From positions 1 through 30,960 of the forward strand of contig JBKPLV010000262.1 of the NCBI GenBank assembly GCA_046731795.1: a stretch of DNA of 30,960 nucleotides, in the 5' to 3' direction. Under the pieces are notes generated by a model. It was given only the letters and a program-made list of their open reading frames with translations, had not been told where the DNA came from and did no database searches. The stretch's first letter is position 1; the number at the start of each line of letters is the position of its first letter. Of the stretch, positions 1-8,811 are shown piece after piece. The DNA is from Actinomycetota bacterium. Lineage in GTDB: Bacteria > Actinomycetota > Thermoleophilia > Gaiellales > Gaiellaceae. Made by a program: the position numbers and the translations under genes.

Positions 1-1
1 G

Positions 2-232
2 GCCACGCTGCCGGAAGGCGTGGTCCTCCGCAGAGGGGCCAAGGGCGCGGAGGTGAGGCAGGTACAGGAGGCGCTGGTCGCGCTCGGGTACTCGACAACC
101 ATCGACGGGAAGTTCGGGCCGGCGACCGCGCAGGCCGTCAAGTCTTTCCAGGCGTCCTCAGGCCTCACCGACGACGGCGTCGTCGGGCCGGCGACGCTGT
201 CGGCTCTCTCGGCGGCGGTCAACGGGGGGTAG
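2..232 (+). CDS. Peptidoglycan-binding domain protein, C-terminal part (5'-truncated by window edge)
   Basis: LRRGAKGAEVRQVQEALVALGY..IDGKFGPATAQAVKSFQ..GLTDDGVVGPATLSAL is a PG_binding_1 pattern; the frame is open back to base 2. Confidence 0.9.
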   Translation, partial: ATLPEGVVLRRGAKGAEVRQVQEALVALGYSTTIDGKFGPATAQAVKSFQASSGLTDDGVVGPATLSALSAAVNGG

Positions 233-446
233 CGTCTCGCACACGCTCGCCCCTCGGCGCGTGCCGCTCGTCAGGCCCCACGTCCTCGGTCGCAGCCGCT
301 GCAGGGGGTGGGCTGCGGTTGGCTGGATACCTATCCGTGAGCAGGAGGCCAGCCGCCCTCGGGCTCGCTCCAGACGTCAGTTCTCTTGATCCGATATGGC
401 GCCGCGACACTCGAACGTGCGGGGGTCGCCTCCTGCGCTCTCGCGA

Positions 447-821
447 CTAGCGGATACCCGTGTCGATATCGAGGTTGACGACTCGAAAGCGGGCGGCGAA
501 CACGAGAACGGTGTGAGGCTCTATCCCTGAGCCGATCCGCGGGACAGTCGCCGTACGAACGCTCCACCAACCGGTAGACAAGGCGACGCGGTAGTGCCCG
601 ACGCTGTCTGTTTGCGTCCTGACGCTTCTCCCGCGCCTTGAGAACACGAGCGGCGTGTTCTTGGCGGGAGCCGAACAGGGAATGCCCTCTCTACATACCG
701 GTGTGATCGGAGAGCGGGTGACAACTCCGCGAAGCCCACTCGGGGTGATGGCATGGGTAGAAGGCGCGCCGAGGGCTGCTGGCACCAGTGCCAAGATCAG
801 CAATGCGCACTTCGCGAGCAT
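447..821 (-). CDS. Small secreted protein (124 aa), probable beta-sandwich/carboxypeptidase-regulatory-like fold
   Basis: N-terminal signal peptide (LLILALVPAALGA), a Cys pair (PVCREGIPC), and TDSVGHYRVAL typical of prealbumin-like domains; CACACT -10-like hexamer 8 nt before ATG. Confidence 0.7.
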   Translation of the reverse strand: MLAKCALLILALVPAALGAPSTHAITPSGLRGVVTRSPITPVCREGIPCSAPAKNTPLVFSRRGRSVRTQTDSVGHYRVALSTGWWSVRTATVPRIGSGIEPHTVLVFAARFRVVNLDIDTGIR

Positions 822-934
822 GTGGTCTCAGTGTGACGTACGCCGCCAGTGCCCGGCCAGTGCCGGAGCGCAGGCAGCGTGAAAGGGCCCAAGGTTGGAC
901 CTAGGGTTCAAACCCCCAGCCGCTCGTCGTCCGA

Positions 935-2593
935 TCAGCTGGTCGGCGTCACCGCGAACAACCACGTCCTCCAGGCCGACGATGAGGTCGACCCGTTCGC
1001 GAGGTTGTACTGATTGCCGAGCCAGACCTTGCCGACTGTTCCGGCGGCCGCTGGGTCGGGGCTCGCCCCGGAATAGTCGCCCCAGCGACAGGTGCCGGTG
1101 TCGCTGCAACTGAAGTCGACATTCGGACCCTTCGCCTGGACGAGATTCTTGAGCGTTGACTGGGTCCCGCCTGCCGTCTTCGACAAGAACTGGATGGCTG
1201 GGTATGTGCTCCCCGACGAGGTGCTCACGCTCATCGCCATGCTGCTGCCGAAGGACGCGCTGCTGCCGTTGTTTGCTCGGTCGGGCGAGACGGCACCGTT
1301 CCAGATGAAGAGCGAGGAGTCGGAGGCACTGCCCGACGCGAGGGGCGCAGTCGCGTTGGGGTCGAGCTCGTACCAGCGCTCCTCGACGCCGGCTCCGCCG
1401 AATACAGCGTGGGCGGTCCAGAGCGCGAGCTTGCTCCCGTTCGCCGGATCGACCGCGGCCACGGCTGCCTCGAAGCGGCCGTCGAGGGTGTCGAGGAGGT
1501 AGGAGCTTCCCTTCTGCGGCGCGCTCGAGGGCATCGAGTAGGAGGGGACAGTCACTGAGGTCGGCCCCTCGAGCCTGGGTATCGGCCTGCCGCTCGAGTC
1601 GACGCCGTTCGTCGAGACCCTGTACACGGACACGAAGTTGGCGGAGGGAACGACCGACAGGTCTGCGTTGGCGACGATGTACCCAAAGCCGTTAGCGTCG
1701 TCCACGAGGTTGGCGGGCACGGGTGTGGCCGCCAAGCTCGAGTCAGCGTTGTGGAGGGCGCTGAACGTGTACGCAAGGAGGGTGCTCGTGGAGGCGCAGG
1801 TCGAGCCCGCCGGCGGCTTGTTCACGGTCGCGAACGAGGAGCCCGAATAGGTGCTCGCAAAGTCCGAGAAGAGGTTGTAGCCATAGAGGAGGAAGTCGGC
1901 GGAGTCGCCGAGCTTCGGGTAGTCCGGCAGGTCGCTGCCGAAGGAGAGGTAGTACTTGCAGAAGTCGCTCGAGCTCGTTGGGGTGGCCGTCTTGCTCCAC
2001 CCAAACGCGAGCCCGTTGTCGGACAGGAAAGCGTCGTAGTAGACCGCGGAGTAGTAGAAGCGCTGCGTCTTGGCGTCCCACATCATCTGCGGGTCGCTCA
2101 GGCTATAGCCGAAGAGACCGCCGGAAATACCTGTGAGCGAGCTCAGTGAGCCGGAGTTGACCTGACTCCCGGATCGCGAGTAGATCGCGTACTGGGTGTT
2201 CACGGTCTCGATGTAGCGGTCGGGGCCTGTCGCGCCGGTCGTGTCAGGCGGCGTGAGCCCCGTCTGATAGGTGCCGTTGAAGCTCGGAGAAACGTTTGAG
2301 TAGCTCGAGACGGTCGCCCCGGATCCACCGCCACCTCCGCCCGGCTTACCGCGATTGCTGCCGACGCCTGCGCGGCCGTTGGCGGCCGCCTTCGCGAGTG
2401 CGAACTCGCGCGCATGCAACGCGATCCAGCCGTGAGGCGCCTTCGAGGGGCCGCCACGGGAAGGACCGAGGTCGCTCGCAAGGCCGACGGTCAATGCGCT
2501 CATGGGCGCCACTGCAGGCGCGGCTGTCGTCGGGGAGACGACGACTGCGAGCGCAGCGAGGGCGGCGAGGGAGAGGGTGGCGAGCTTATTCAC
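935..2593 (-). CDS. Large secreted uncharacterised protein (552 aa) with PPDxxGAxGP...RWGDYS motifs
   Basis: GTG at 2593 is preceded by an AAGGAGG RBS; signal peptide MNKLATLSLAALAALAVVVSPTTA; Gly linker; motifs PPDTTGATGPDRYIETVN, SDPQMMWD, DYPKLG and RWGDYS. The ORF-track start at 2737 is probably too early. Confidence 0.8.
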   Translation of the reverse strand: MNKLATLSLAALAALAVVVSPTTAAPAVAPMSALTVGLASDLGPSRGGPSKAPHGWIALHAREFALAKAAANGRAGVGSNRGKPGGGGGGSGATVSSYSNVSPSFNGTYQTGLTPPDTTGATGPDRYIETVNTQYAIYSRSGSQVNSGSLSSLTGISGGLFGYSLSDPQMMWDAKTQRFYYSAVYYDAFLSDNGLAFGWSKTATPTSSSDFCKYYLSFGSDLPDYPKLGDSADFLLYGYNLFSDFASTYSGSSFATVNKPPAGSTCASTSTLLAYTFSALHNADSSLAATPVPANLVDDANGFGYIVANADLSVVPSANFVSVYRVSTNGVDSSGRPIPRLEGPTSVTVPSYSMPSSAPQKGSSYLLDTLDGRFEAAVAAVDPANGSKLALWTAHAVFGGAGVEERWYELDPNATAPLASGSASDSSLFIWNGAVSPDRANNGSSASFGSSMAMSVSTSSGSTYPAIQFLSKTAGGTQSTLKNLVQAKGPNVDFSCSDTGTCRWGDYSGASPDPAAAGTVGKVWLGNQYNLANGSTSSSAWRTWLFAVTPTS

Positions 2594-2762
2594 GGCGAGC
2601 CTCCTTGTGGCAGGCGGAACGAGCGGACATACTCTCCTCGTCAGAGCGGAGCTGTCAATCCCTCGCGTGCGAACTCGGGAGCAGCCTCCAGGAAACTGCG
2701 CATACGTCTCCGGCGCCTTCCGCGGGCCTGAAATCACTCATTCAGCGGTTCGAGGTAGTTGT

Positions 2763-2804
2763 GAGGCGGCGGGAACAGACCGCGGGTTCGATTCCCGCCG
2801 CCTC
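2763..2804. terminator. 13-bp perfect inverted repeat (GAGGCGGCGGGAA / TTCCCGCCGCCTC); possible terminator of the 2808-3200 gene
   Basis: Inverted repeat read directly; it lies 3 nt past the stop codon of the minus-strand gene; no U-tract. Confidence 0.5.
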
Positions 2805-2807
2805 CAC
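2782..2807 (+). ncRNA. ssrA: tmRNA 3'-end fragment (relic, not an intact gene); candidate att-site remnant
   Basis: GCGGG-TTCGATT-CCCGC (T-arm) followed by CGCCTCC-A-C (acceptor 3' strand with the U for the Ala G3:U70 pair); no 5' tmRNA body upstream in the window. Confidence 0.7.
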
Positions 2808-3200
2808 TCAACTCTGTGCGACCCCGCGCACGAATCCCACGTGTGGAGCGTGCACGATCACGTCTCCGGCTCCGAGGATGCGGAGCTTCTCTCGCAATTG
2901 GTCAAGCGCCGTGTCGCTCGGCTCTCCGTAGATGTGAATCGACGACAAATTCACGAGGTCCGAAAATGGTTGAAAGAGCGGGCCCGCTACTTCCAAGTGG
3001 TAGTCCAGTGACGCGGGATCCGCGTGGACGTGCACAACGCTCATTCGGTTCTCGGCCTCGTCAAAGTAGACGCTGTAAGAAACGAGCCCAGGCTCGTTCT
3101 CCTCGACAAACTTGGCTAGGCCGTTGATCGCCGCTTTCAGGTGGACGAGCCTGCCCGGGCGTACTTCCGACATGTCGACGTACACGAGCGGCTGCGACAT
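2808..3200 (-). CDS. Dimeric alpha-beta barrel / ABM-like (putative monooxygenase) protein
   Basis: GGAGG RBS; pattern VRPGRL..LKAAI..L..FVEENEPGL.SY.VYFDE...MSVVH.H.D.ASLDYHL; 130 aa. Confidence 0.7.
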   Translation of the reverse strand: MSQPLVYVDMSEVRPGRLVHLKAAINGLAKFVEENEPGLVSYSVYFDEAENRMSVVHVHADPASLDYHLEVAGPLFQPFSDLVNLSSIHIYGEPSDTALDQLREKLRILGAGDVIVHAPHVGFVRGVAQS

Positions 3201-3295
3201 AACACCCTCCGAGCTGGAGCGGGTCAATATGAGGTCAGCTGGTACCAGCCGTCGCGGCCAACGGGTCGCAGGCGGGTCGCAAGTAGGCGGATGAG

Positions 3296-3460
3296 CTAGT
3301 CCTCGATGACGGTCGTGTTCTCGCGATCCGTTGGGCGTCCGCGTTCGATGATCGTCGTGTTCTGTCCACCCGCGGAGCGTCGGCTATAGCCCATGGTCAG
3401 CGCCATGAGAATCGCGAACGCGACGATGATCAGGAGCACAACGAGAAACCAGAGAGGCAT
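3296..3460 (-). CDS. Small single-pass membrane protein (54 aa)
   Basis: Strong RBS GAAGGAGG; hydrophobic N-terminus WFLVVLLIIVAFAILMAL and polar tail with repeated NTTII/NTTVI. Confidence 0.7.
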   Translation of the reverse strand: MPLWFLVVLLIIVAFAILMALTMGYSRRSAGGQNTTIIERGRPTDRENTTVIED

Positions 3461-3489
3461 TCGTCTCCTCCTTCGGTGATACGTCCGGT

Positions 3490-3518
3490 GTACCCGTAGC
3501 GGACGGCCGCGGAACACC
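3490..3518 (-). promoter_or_regulatory. SigB/SigF-type promoter (GTGTT-N17-GGGTAC) for the small membrane protein
   Basis: Exact GGGTAC -10 about 30 nt upstream of the start codon; partial -35 match. Confidence 0.5.
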
Positions 3519-3533
3519 AGCGACCCGACTGGG

Positions 3534-5210
3534 CTAACCGTCCGAGTATGTGAGCCCCAGCCCGCGGTCGGGGTACGCGCGTGTATGAAAGAGCGCAACT
3601 CGTGCCGATGTGCTGTCGAGCTCCAGCTGGCCGATGGTGTTTTCGAACGAACGGCTGGTCGTGAGAGCCCACGATGCGGGCGTCCGCTCGACGCCGCACA
3701 GTCGCGCTAGTCGGGAGAACACCGCCGCAGCGGCACGCGATGCAGTGAGACTGACGACACGCCGTTCGTGCTTGCTGAGCGGGTTGCGAAAGGGAGAGCA
3801 CACGACTTGGCGGACGCGGCTGGGACCGTGAGCTCGCCCGAGGTTCACGTCAGCCACGTATGTCATGTGCACGTCGCCGCCCAGAATCGTTATCGAGGCG
3901 GGAGGGCTTCCACCTAGCCCACGGGTGATGTCGGACAGGACGTGCACGAGGCGGGAAAAGGACAGCTGGTAGGCCGCCCAGTGCTCGAGGTCGACCGCAC
4001 GGCGCAGCCACTCGCCGAGCCGTTGAGCGAGCGACCCCCATGCTCCGTCGCAGACGGCTTCGTTCCATGCCTCGAGATGATGGATTCCCGACGGGAGGAA
4101 CACCGGCAGCGTACTGGCGAGGACGAGGTGGTCGAACTCCCCGTGCGCATGCTCGACGACCCAGTTCCACTCGTCGTCGGCCATCATCTGTCGGCGTCCC
4201 TCCACGACGATGCGGGCCGCCCGCGAGTCGAGGACGAGAAGACGAGAGCGGCCGAAGTCGCGGTAGTAACTCCAGCGGTTCCGCGCGCGATCCTCGTCCC
4301 AATGCCGTGCTCGCTCCCGGAGACGGGGTCCGCCGTCTTCATCGTTCTGGAGCTCGTGAAAGAGCGTGTCGTCGTCGAGCTCGGGGGGCGACAAGTTGCC
4401 GAGGTGCTGGTACAGCCAGTACGACACGAACGCCGAGGTGATGCGCTCGTACCACCACGGAAGCGCGCGCATCTCCTCGATCCAGGTGTCCGAGATGTTC
4501 CAGTCGTCGTGCACGTCGTGGTCGTCGAAGATCATGGTTGAGGGCACGGTCGCAAGCAGCCAGCGGATTTCCGGGTTCGACCACGACTCCCGGTACAGCC
4601 GCGTGTACTCCTCGAAGTCGGCGACCTGCTCGCCCGGCGGCTGCTCGATGTCTCGGCGGCCGCGGATGAATGCAGCGGTCTGCGGCGGCAGCTCGTCGGC
4701 GTACACCTGATCGCCGAGCAGCATGAGCGCGTCGGGCCAGCCGACGGTTCCCTGCTGCAGGGCAAGCGAGTAGGCCCAGAGCGCGTCCACGCCGACCCCG
4801 CGCTCCTGCGCCGAAGAGAGTGTGTAGGGAGGCCTCTCCGGGGCACCGACGCGGCACGACCCGAACACGAGACGGAGGTGGCGTTCACCGTGGCGCGTTC
4901 GAATACAGGGCGGAGGGCGCGTGTCGTCCGCCTGTGGCCACGCCACCATCTCGTCGAGCAGCACCTCGTACGGCGTCGCCGTTCCTGGCTCCAGGTCATC
5001 CACGACGACGAGCGCGTAGTGATGGCCCTCCACGCAGAAGGTCCTCGCTCGGTGCCCGAGGACCCTCACGCTGCACGGCGCGCTCGTTTCGACCCAGATC
5101 GTGGCCGTCTCCGTTCCCACGTACCGCAGCAGCGGGCCGACGAGCAGCTCGATCGGTGCCGCTTCGCGCGGCGGGGAGTCGTCGAGCGTTTCGTTTGAAC
5201 CAGCTGGCAT
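3534..5210 (-). CDS. phoD: Alkaline phosphatase D (PhoD) family metallophosphatase
   Basis: Motifs VFGSC, LLGDQVYAD, IFDDHDVHDDWN, VLDSR and GGDVH; no signal peptide visible. Confidence 0.85.
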   Translation of the reverse strand: MPAGSNETLDDSPPREAAPIELLVGPLLRYVGTETATIWVETSAPCSVRVLGHRARTFCVEGHHYALVVVDDLEPGTATPYEVLLDEMVAWPQADDTRPPPCIRTRHGERHLRLVFGSCRVGAPERPPYTLSSAQERGVGVDALWAYSLALQQGTVGWPDALMLLGDQVYADELPPQTAAFIRGRRDIEQPPGEQVADFEEYTRLYRESWSNPEIRWLLATVPSTMIFDDHDVHDDWNISDTWIEEMRALPWWYERITSAFVSYWLYQHLGNLSPPELDDDTLFHELQNDEDGGPRLRERARHWDEDRARNRWSYYRDFGRSRLLVLDSRAARIVVEGRRQMMADDEWNWVVEHAHGEFDHLVLASTLPVFLPSGIHHLEAWNEAVCDGAWGSLAQRLGEWLRRAVDLEHWAAYQLSFSRLVHVLSDITRGLGGSPPASITILGGDVHMTYVADVNLGRAHGPSRVRQVVCSPFRNPLSKHERRVVSLTASRAAAAVFSRLARLCGVERTPASWALTTSRSFENTIGQLELDSTSARVALFHTRAYPDRGLGLTYSDG

Positions 5211-5289
5211 CAGGTCCTCCGGTCGCCTCGGGCGGACCGCAACCTAACTGCAGGCCGGAGCTTGCATGCGTCCACGCGCGGCGCAGTAC

Positions 5290-6186
5290 CTACGACGCCT
5301 TCGCGCCGAGACCGCTGCCGCGGCCCCGGTGATCCACGATCTCGGTGGCGGTCGCCACGGGGGCGCCGGGCCTGAGCAGCCGACCACCGAACGCGATCGC
5401 ACAGACCGCGAACCATCCCCATCCGAAGGCGAGCCCGGCGACGGCATCCGACAGCCAGTGGACTCCGAGCATCACGCGGCTCGTTGCGACCGCGACCGCG
5501 ATTCCGACCGCGACGGCGACGACCAGCGCTCGCGCGAGGCGCGTGCGGCGCCGCATGACCACGAGAGCGACCGCTGCCCAGAGCGCGGCCGCGGTCGCGG
5601 AATGACCGCTCGGAAAGGACGGGCCGAGAGTCGCAGCGGCGGGATCGAATGCGGGCCGCGCCCGGTCGAGAGCCTCCTTCACCGCGTTCACGAGAAGCAC
5701 TTCACCGAGAACCGTGGTGACGAGGAACACCGGGATCCAGCGGTTCGGGAGCCTCGCGTACTCCACGATCGACACGAGCAGGATCGTGAACACCGCCGTG
5801 TAGGTACTGGCAAGGTCGGTGACGAGGCGCAAGCCGTCCGTCGAGTACGTCGTCTTGTGGTCGAACTCCCACTGCCCGACGCTCTTGTCGACGTGGACGA
5901 GGGTCGGGCTCGTACGCATGAGATAGGCGAGAAGGCCCACGAGGAGGCCCGCTGCGATTGCCGCGCCGAGCGCAAGGGTCAGCACGAGCCCGGTGGCAGG
6001 GACCGGGTCGAGTCGACTTCGCAAGGTCCTCGACAGCCACCGACGATGGCGGGCCTGCTCGGCGAGCTGTACGCCGGCAGCCGCCGCCGGCTTTTCGCCC
6101 GTGACGACGGTCGGATAGCGCGACGCGAGCGCAAATGCGACGACGCCGGCAGCGAGTGCGATCAGTGCAAGCGCGAGCAGTGGCAT
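5290..6186 (-). CDS. PAP2 family membrane phosphatase
   Basis: KEALDRARP (KX6RP), SFPSGH and SRVMLGVHWLSD motifs; several TM segments. Confidence 0.92.
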   Translation of the reverse strand: MPLLALALIALAAGVVAFALASRYPTVVTGEKPAAAAGVQLAEQARHRRWLSRTLRSRLDPVPATGLVLTLALGAAIAAGLLVGLLAYLMRTSPTLVHVDKSVGQWEFDHKTTYSTDGLRLVTDLASTYTAVFTILLVSIVEYARLPNRWIPVFLVTTVLGEVLLVNAVKEALDRARPAFDPAAATLGPSFPSGHSATAAALWAAVALVVMRRRTRLARALVVAVAVGIAVAVATSRVMLGVHWLSDAVAGLAFGWGWFAVCAIAFGGRLLRPGAPVATATEIVDHRGRGSGLGAKAS

Positions 6187-6196
6187 CGGTAACCGT

Positions 6197-6222
6197 GCTT
6201 ATCCGGGGGTCGTGCTGGGTAA
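6197..6222 (+). promoter_or_regulatory. SigB/SigF-type promoter (GCTTAT-N14-GGGTAA) in the divergent PAP2/PAP2 intergenic region
   Basis: Hexamers and spacing read from the sequence; resembles the sigma-B consensus GTTTWW-N12-14-GGGWAW. Confidence 0.5.
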
Positions 6223-6231
6223 ACCCGGTTC

Positions 6232-7071
6232 GTGACGACCGTCGAATCGGCAAAGCGCGTAGATCAGGCTCGGCCGTCGGCCGGGAGGGTTCCTGCCGTC
6301 GCAGCACCAAGCGGCGTGCCGTTGTTGGAGGCTCGGCCGGGTGGCGCAGCTGAGCGTGTGGTCGGCCGGTTCGAGCTGCATCGGCCGGTGCTCGCCTTCC
6401 TCGCGGCAGCGGTCGTCGGCTATGCGCTTCTCGTCGCGGGCATCGTGGCCCTCGGCTTCGTCCTCACCAAACTCTTGCTTCCGATCGGCGCTTTCTCCCG
6501 CTGGGATGAGAGCGTCAACGACTGGCTCGCAGATCATCGAAGCGCGAATCTCGAGCATCTCTCGTGGATTGGCTCGACGCTCGCGGGTGGGCTCGTCATC
6601 CCGTGTGTCATCGGCTTCTTTCTCGTGATGTTCCTCGCGCTCCACCACTGGCGGCTCGCAGCGTTCGTGCTCTTCGCGGTCGCGGTCGAGTCGGGCGCCT
6701 ACCGCGCGACCACGATCTTCGTCCATCGCGAGCGTCCGACGGTGCCCCGCCTGGAGAGCCTCCCCGTCGACGCCAGCTATCCGTCCGGGCACACCGCGGC
6801 GACAATCGCACTGTACGGAGGACTGCTGCTCTTGCTCGTCTCGAGAGTGCGGAAGCCGGCGCTCACGGTGACGGCGTGGCTCTTCATCGTCGGGCTTCCG
6901 GTCTTCGTCGCCTGGTCTCGGATGTACCGAGGGATGCATCATCTGACCGACTCGATCGCCGGCGTGCTCCTCGGGATCGGGGCGCTCGGAGTCGTGATCT
7001 TCGCATTACGCCTCGCTGGCGCTGCAGCAGCCCGCAGGGATCGACTCGGCGAGCTGGAGAGCGCGCCATGA
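6232..7071 (+). CDS. PAP2 family membrane phosphatase
   Basis: HRERP, SYPSGH and SRMYRGMHHLTD motifs; TM helices; the C1 Lys is replaced by Thr. Confidence 0.9.
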   Translation: MTTVESAKRVDQARPSAGRVPAVAAPSGVPLLEARPGGAAERVVGRFELHRPVLAFLAAAVVGYALLVAGIVALGFVLTKLLLPIGAFSRWDESVNDWLADHRSANLEHLSWIGSTLAGGLVIPCVIGFFLVMFLALHHWRLAAFVLFAVAVESGAYRATTIFVHRERPTVPRLESLPVDASYPSGHTAATIALYGGLLLLLVSRVRKPALTVTAWLFIVGLPVFVAWSRMYRGMHHLTDSIAGVLLGIGALGVVIFALRLAGAAAARRDRLGELESAP

Positions 7072-7964
7072 CGAAGGTCGCCGTGATCGCGCACGCGCAG
7101 AAGACCGTCGGCGGGGGACTCGAGGAGCTGCGGACATGTCTGGAGAAGGCAGGTATCGCGCAGCCGATCTGGAGCGAAGTGCCGAAGAGCCGTTACGCGC
7201 CCGAGCGCGTCGAGGCGGCGCTCAAGGACGGTGCCGAACTCGTCTTCGTATGGGGCGGCGACGGAATCGTGCAGCGCTGCATCGACGTTCTCGCGGGCAC
7301 AGGCGTGCCCCTGGCGATCGTGCCCGCCGGAACGGCCAATCTGTTCGCGTCGAGCCTCGATCTGCCCCAGGACATCGAGACTGCCGTCGAGGTCGGACTC
7401 GGCAACGTCGAACGTGAGCTCGACGTCGGGAAGCTGAACGGCGAACGCTTCGCGGTCATGGCCGGTGCGGGTGTCGACGCGAAGATGATCCAGGATGCCG
7501 ACGGCGGGCTGAAGGACCGCTTTGGCCGCGCCGCGTACGTCTGGACGGCCGCCAAGCAGCTTCGCAGCGAGCCCTTCAAGGCGCGCATCGAAGTGAATGG
7601 GGGGCTCTGGTACAAGGGAAAGGCGAGCTGCGTCCTCCTCGGAAACGTGGGGAAGCTCTTCGCCGGCGTCGAAGTGTTCGACAACGCGGACCCCGCCGAC
7701 GGGTTCCTCGAGCTCGGCGTGACAAATTCCGACGGCCTCGGCGACTGGGCCCGGACGGTGGCGCAGACCGTCATCGGGACGGCCACGAAGTCTCCGTTCG
7801 TGCAGGCAACGAAGGCGGAGAAGGTCGTGATCGAGCTCAGTCGGAAGGTCCCGTACGAGCTCGACGGAGGCGAGCGCGGGAAGATCAAGCGCATCAAGGC
7901 ACGAGTGGAGCCGCGTGCCATCACGCTGCGCGTTCCGAACGGAGCATCGGAGGAGACGACATGA
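7068..7964 (+). CDS. Diacylglycerol/lipid kinase family protein (DAGK_cat, YegS-like)
   Basis: WGGDG, PAGTANLFA, FAVMAGAG.DA and YELDG motifs; ATGA overlap with the upstream stop. Confidence 0.92.
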   Translation: MTKVAVIAHAQKTVGGGLEELRTCLEKAGIAQPIWSEVPKSRYAPERVEAALKDGAELVFVWGGDGIVQRCIDVLAGTGVPLAIVPAGTANLFASSLDLPQDIETAVEVGLGNVERELDVGKLNGERFAVMAGAGVDAKMIQDADGGLKDRFGRAAYVWTAAKQLRSEPFKARIEVNGGLWYKGKASCVLLGNVGKLFAGVEVFDNADPADGFLELGVTNSDGLGDWARTVAQTVIGTATKSPFVQATKAEKVVIELSRKVPYELDGGERGKIKRIKARVEPRAITLRVPNGASEETT

Positions 7965-8788
7965 GCAACACGCTGCGGGTCTCGACACTGCCGCCTCGGA
8001 AGGCGGGCGAGCGCTTCGTGCACACACGCACGTTCGAACTCCTCTCTCGTGGAGGGTTCGTCGCTCGCGGGTTCGTCTACGCGATCGTGGGAGTTCTCGC
8101 ACTCAAGCTGGCGATCGGGGAGGGCGGAAAGCTGGTCAACCAGCAGGGTGCGTTCCAAACAGTGGCGCACCAGCCGTTCGGGTCGGTCCTGCTCACCGCG
8201 CTGGCGATCGGTCTCGGCTCCTACGCGCTCTGGCGGCTCGTGCGTGCGGCGATCGGTCACGGCCCCGAAGGGGCCGATCGGGGCGTCGACCGCCTCGCGG
8301 CGCTCGCCAGCGGGATCGTGTACGCGGGCCTCTGTCTCGTTGCGGTTCGGCTTCTTCTCGGGTCTACGCAAACCACGTCGCCGGGCAAAGCGACGGGCGG
8401 TGTTCTCGGATGGCCAGCGGGACCGTGGCTCGTGGGACTCGCGGGTGCCGTGTTCATCGGCATCGCGCTGTATCAGGGCTACCGCGCGTTCACCAAGGAC
8501 TTCCTCGAGGACGCGAAGACGGAGGAGATGGGACCGGCTACGAGAGCATGGATCGGTTGGATCGGGTCCGTCGGGTATCTCGCGCGAATGATCGTCTTCG
8601 GGCTCGTCGGGGTGTTCCTGATCAAGGCCGCCGTGGAGTACGACCCCCAGGCTGCCGTCGGTCTCGACGGCGCCCTCGCCAAGCTCGCGCATCAGCCCGT
8701 TGGGCCGCTCTACCTCGGTCTCGTCGCCGCCGGTTTGATCGCGTTCGCGATCTACTCGTGGAGTGACGCGCGGTACCGGAGGATCTGA
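7961..8788 (+). CDS. DUF1206-like membrane protein
   Basis: LSRGGFVARGFVY, QQGAFQTV..QPFG..LL, G...ARMIVF and GLDGAL..LA.QP.G..LL repeats; ATGA overlap. Confidence 0.8.
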   Translation: MSNTLRVSTLPPRKAGERFVHTRTFELLSRGGFVARGFVYAIVGVLALKLAIGEGGKLVNQQGAFQTVAHQPFGSVLLTALAIGLGSYALWRLVRAAIGHGPEGADRGVDRLAALASGIVYAGLCLVAVRLLLGSTQTTSPGKATGGVLGWPAGPWLVGLAGAVFIGIALYQGYRAFTKDFLEDAKTEEMGPATRAWIGWIGSVGYLARMIVFGLVGVFLIKAAVEYDPQAAVGLDGALAKLAHQPVGPLYLGLVAAGLIAFAIYSWSDARYRRI

Positions 8789-8811
8789 GTGGGGCTCGGC
8801 CGTCGGTCGGT

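Noticed and set aside
233-446. 214-bp gap between convergent genes, with short ORFs and a CGCAGCC/GGCTGCG stem
   Set aside because: The ORFs are Arg/Pro/Ala-rich noise and the stem is only 7 bp with a 13-nt loop; no recognisable RNA or repeat.
903-916. tRNA T-arm-like AGGGTTCAAACCCC
   Set aside because: Only a 3-bp stem, with no acceptor, D- or anticodon arms around it.
2594-2737. N-terminal extension of the 600-aa ORF
   Set aside because: The strong RBS and signal peptide begin at GTG 2593; the extension is low-complexity and overlaps the promoter region.
2594-2760. Possible c-di-AMP (ydaO) riboswitch upstream of the secreted gene (CCGCTGAAT on the minus strand at 2740-2748)
   Set aside because: The other conserved elements (GGGGGAACC, TGGGGTGAA, CCCGAACCCGTCAGCTAAC) are absent. 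An Rfam cmsearch would settle it.
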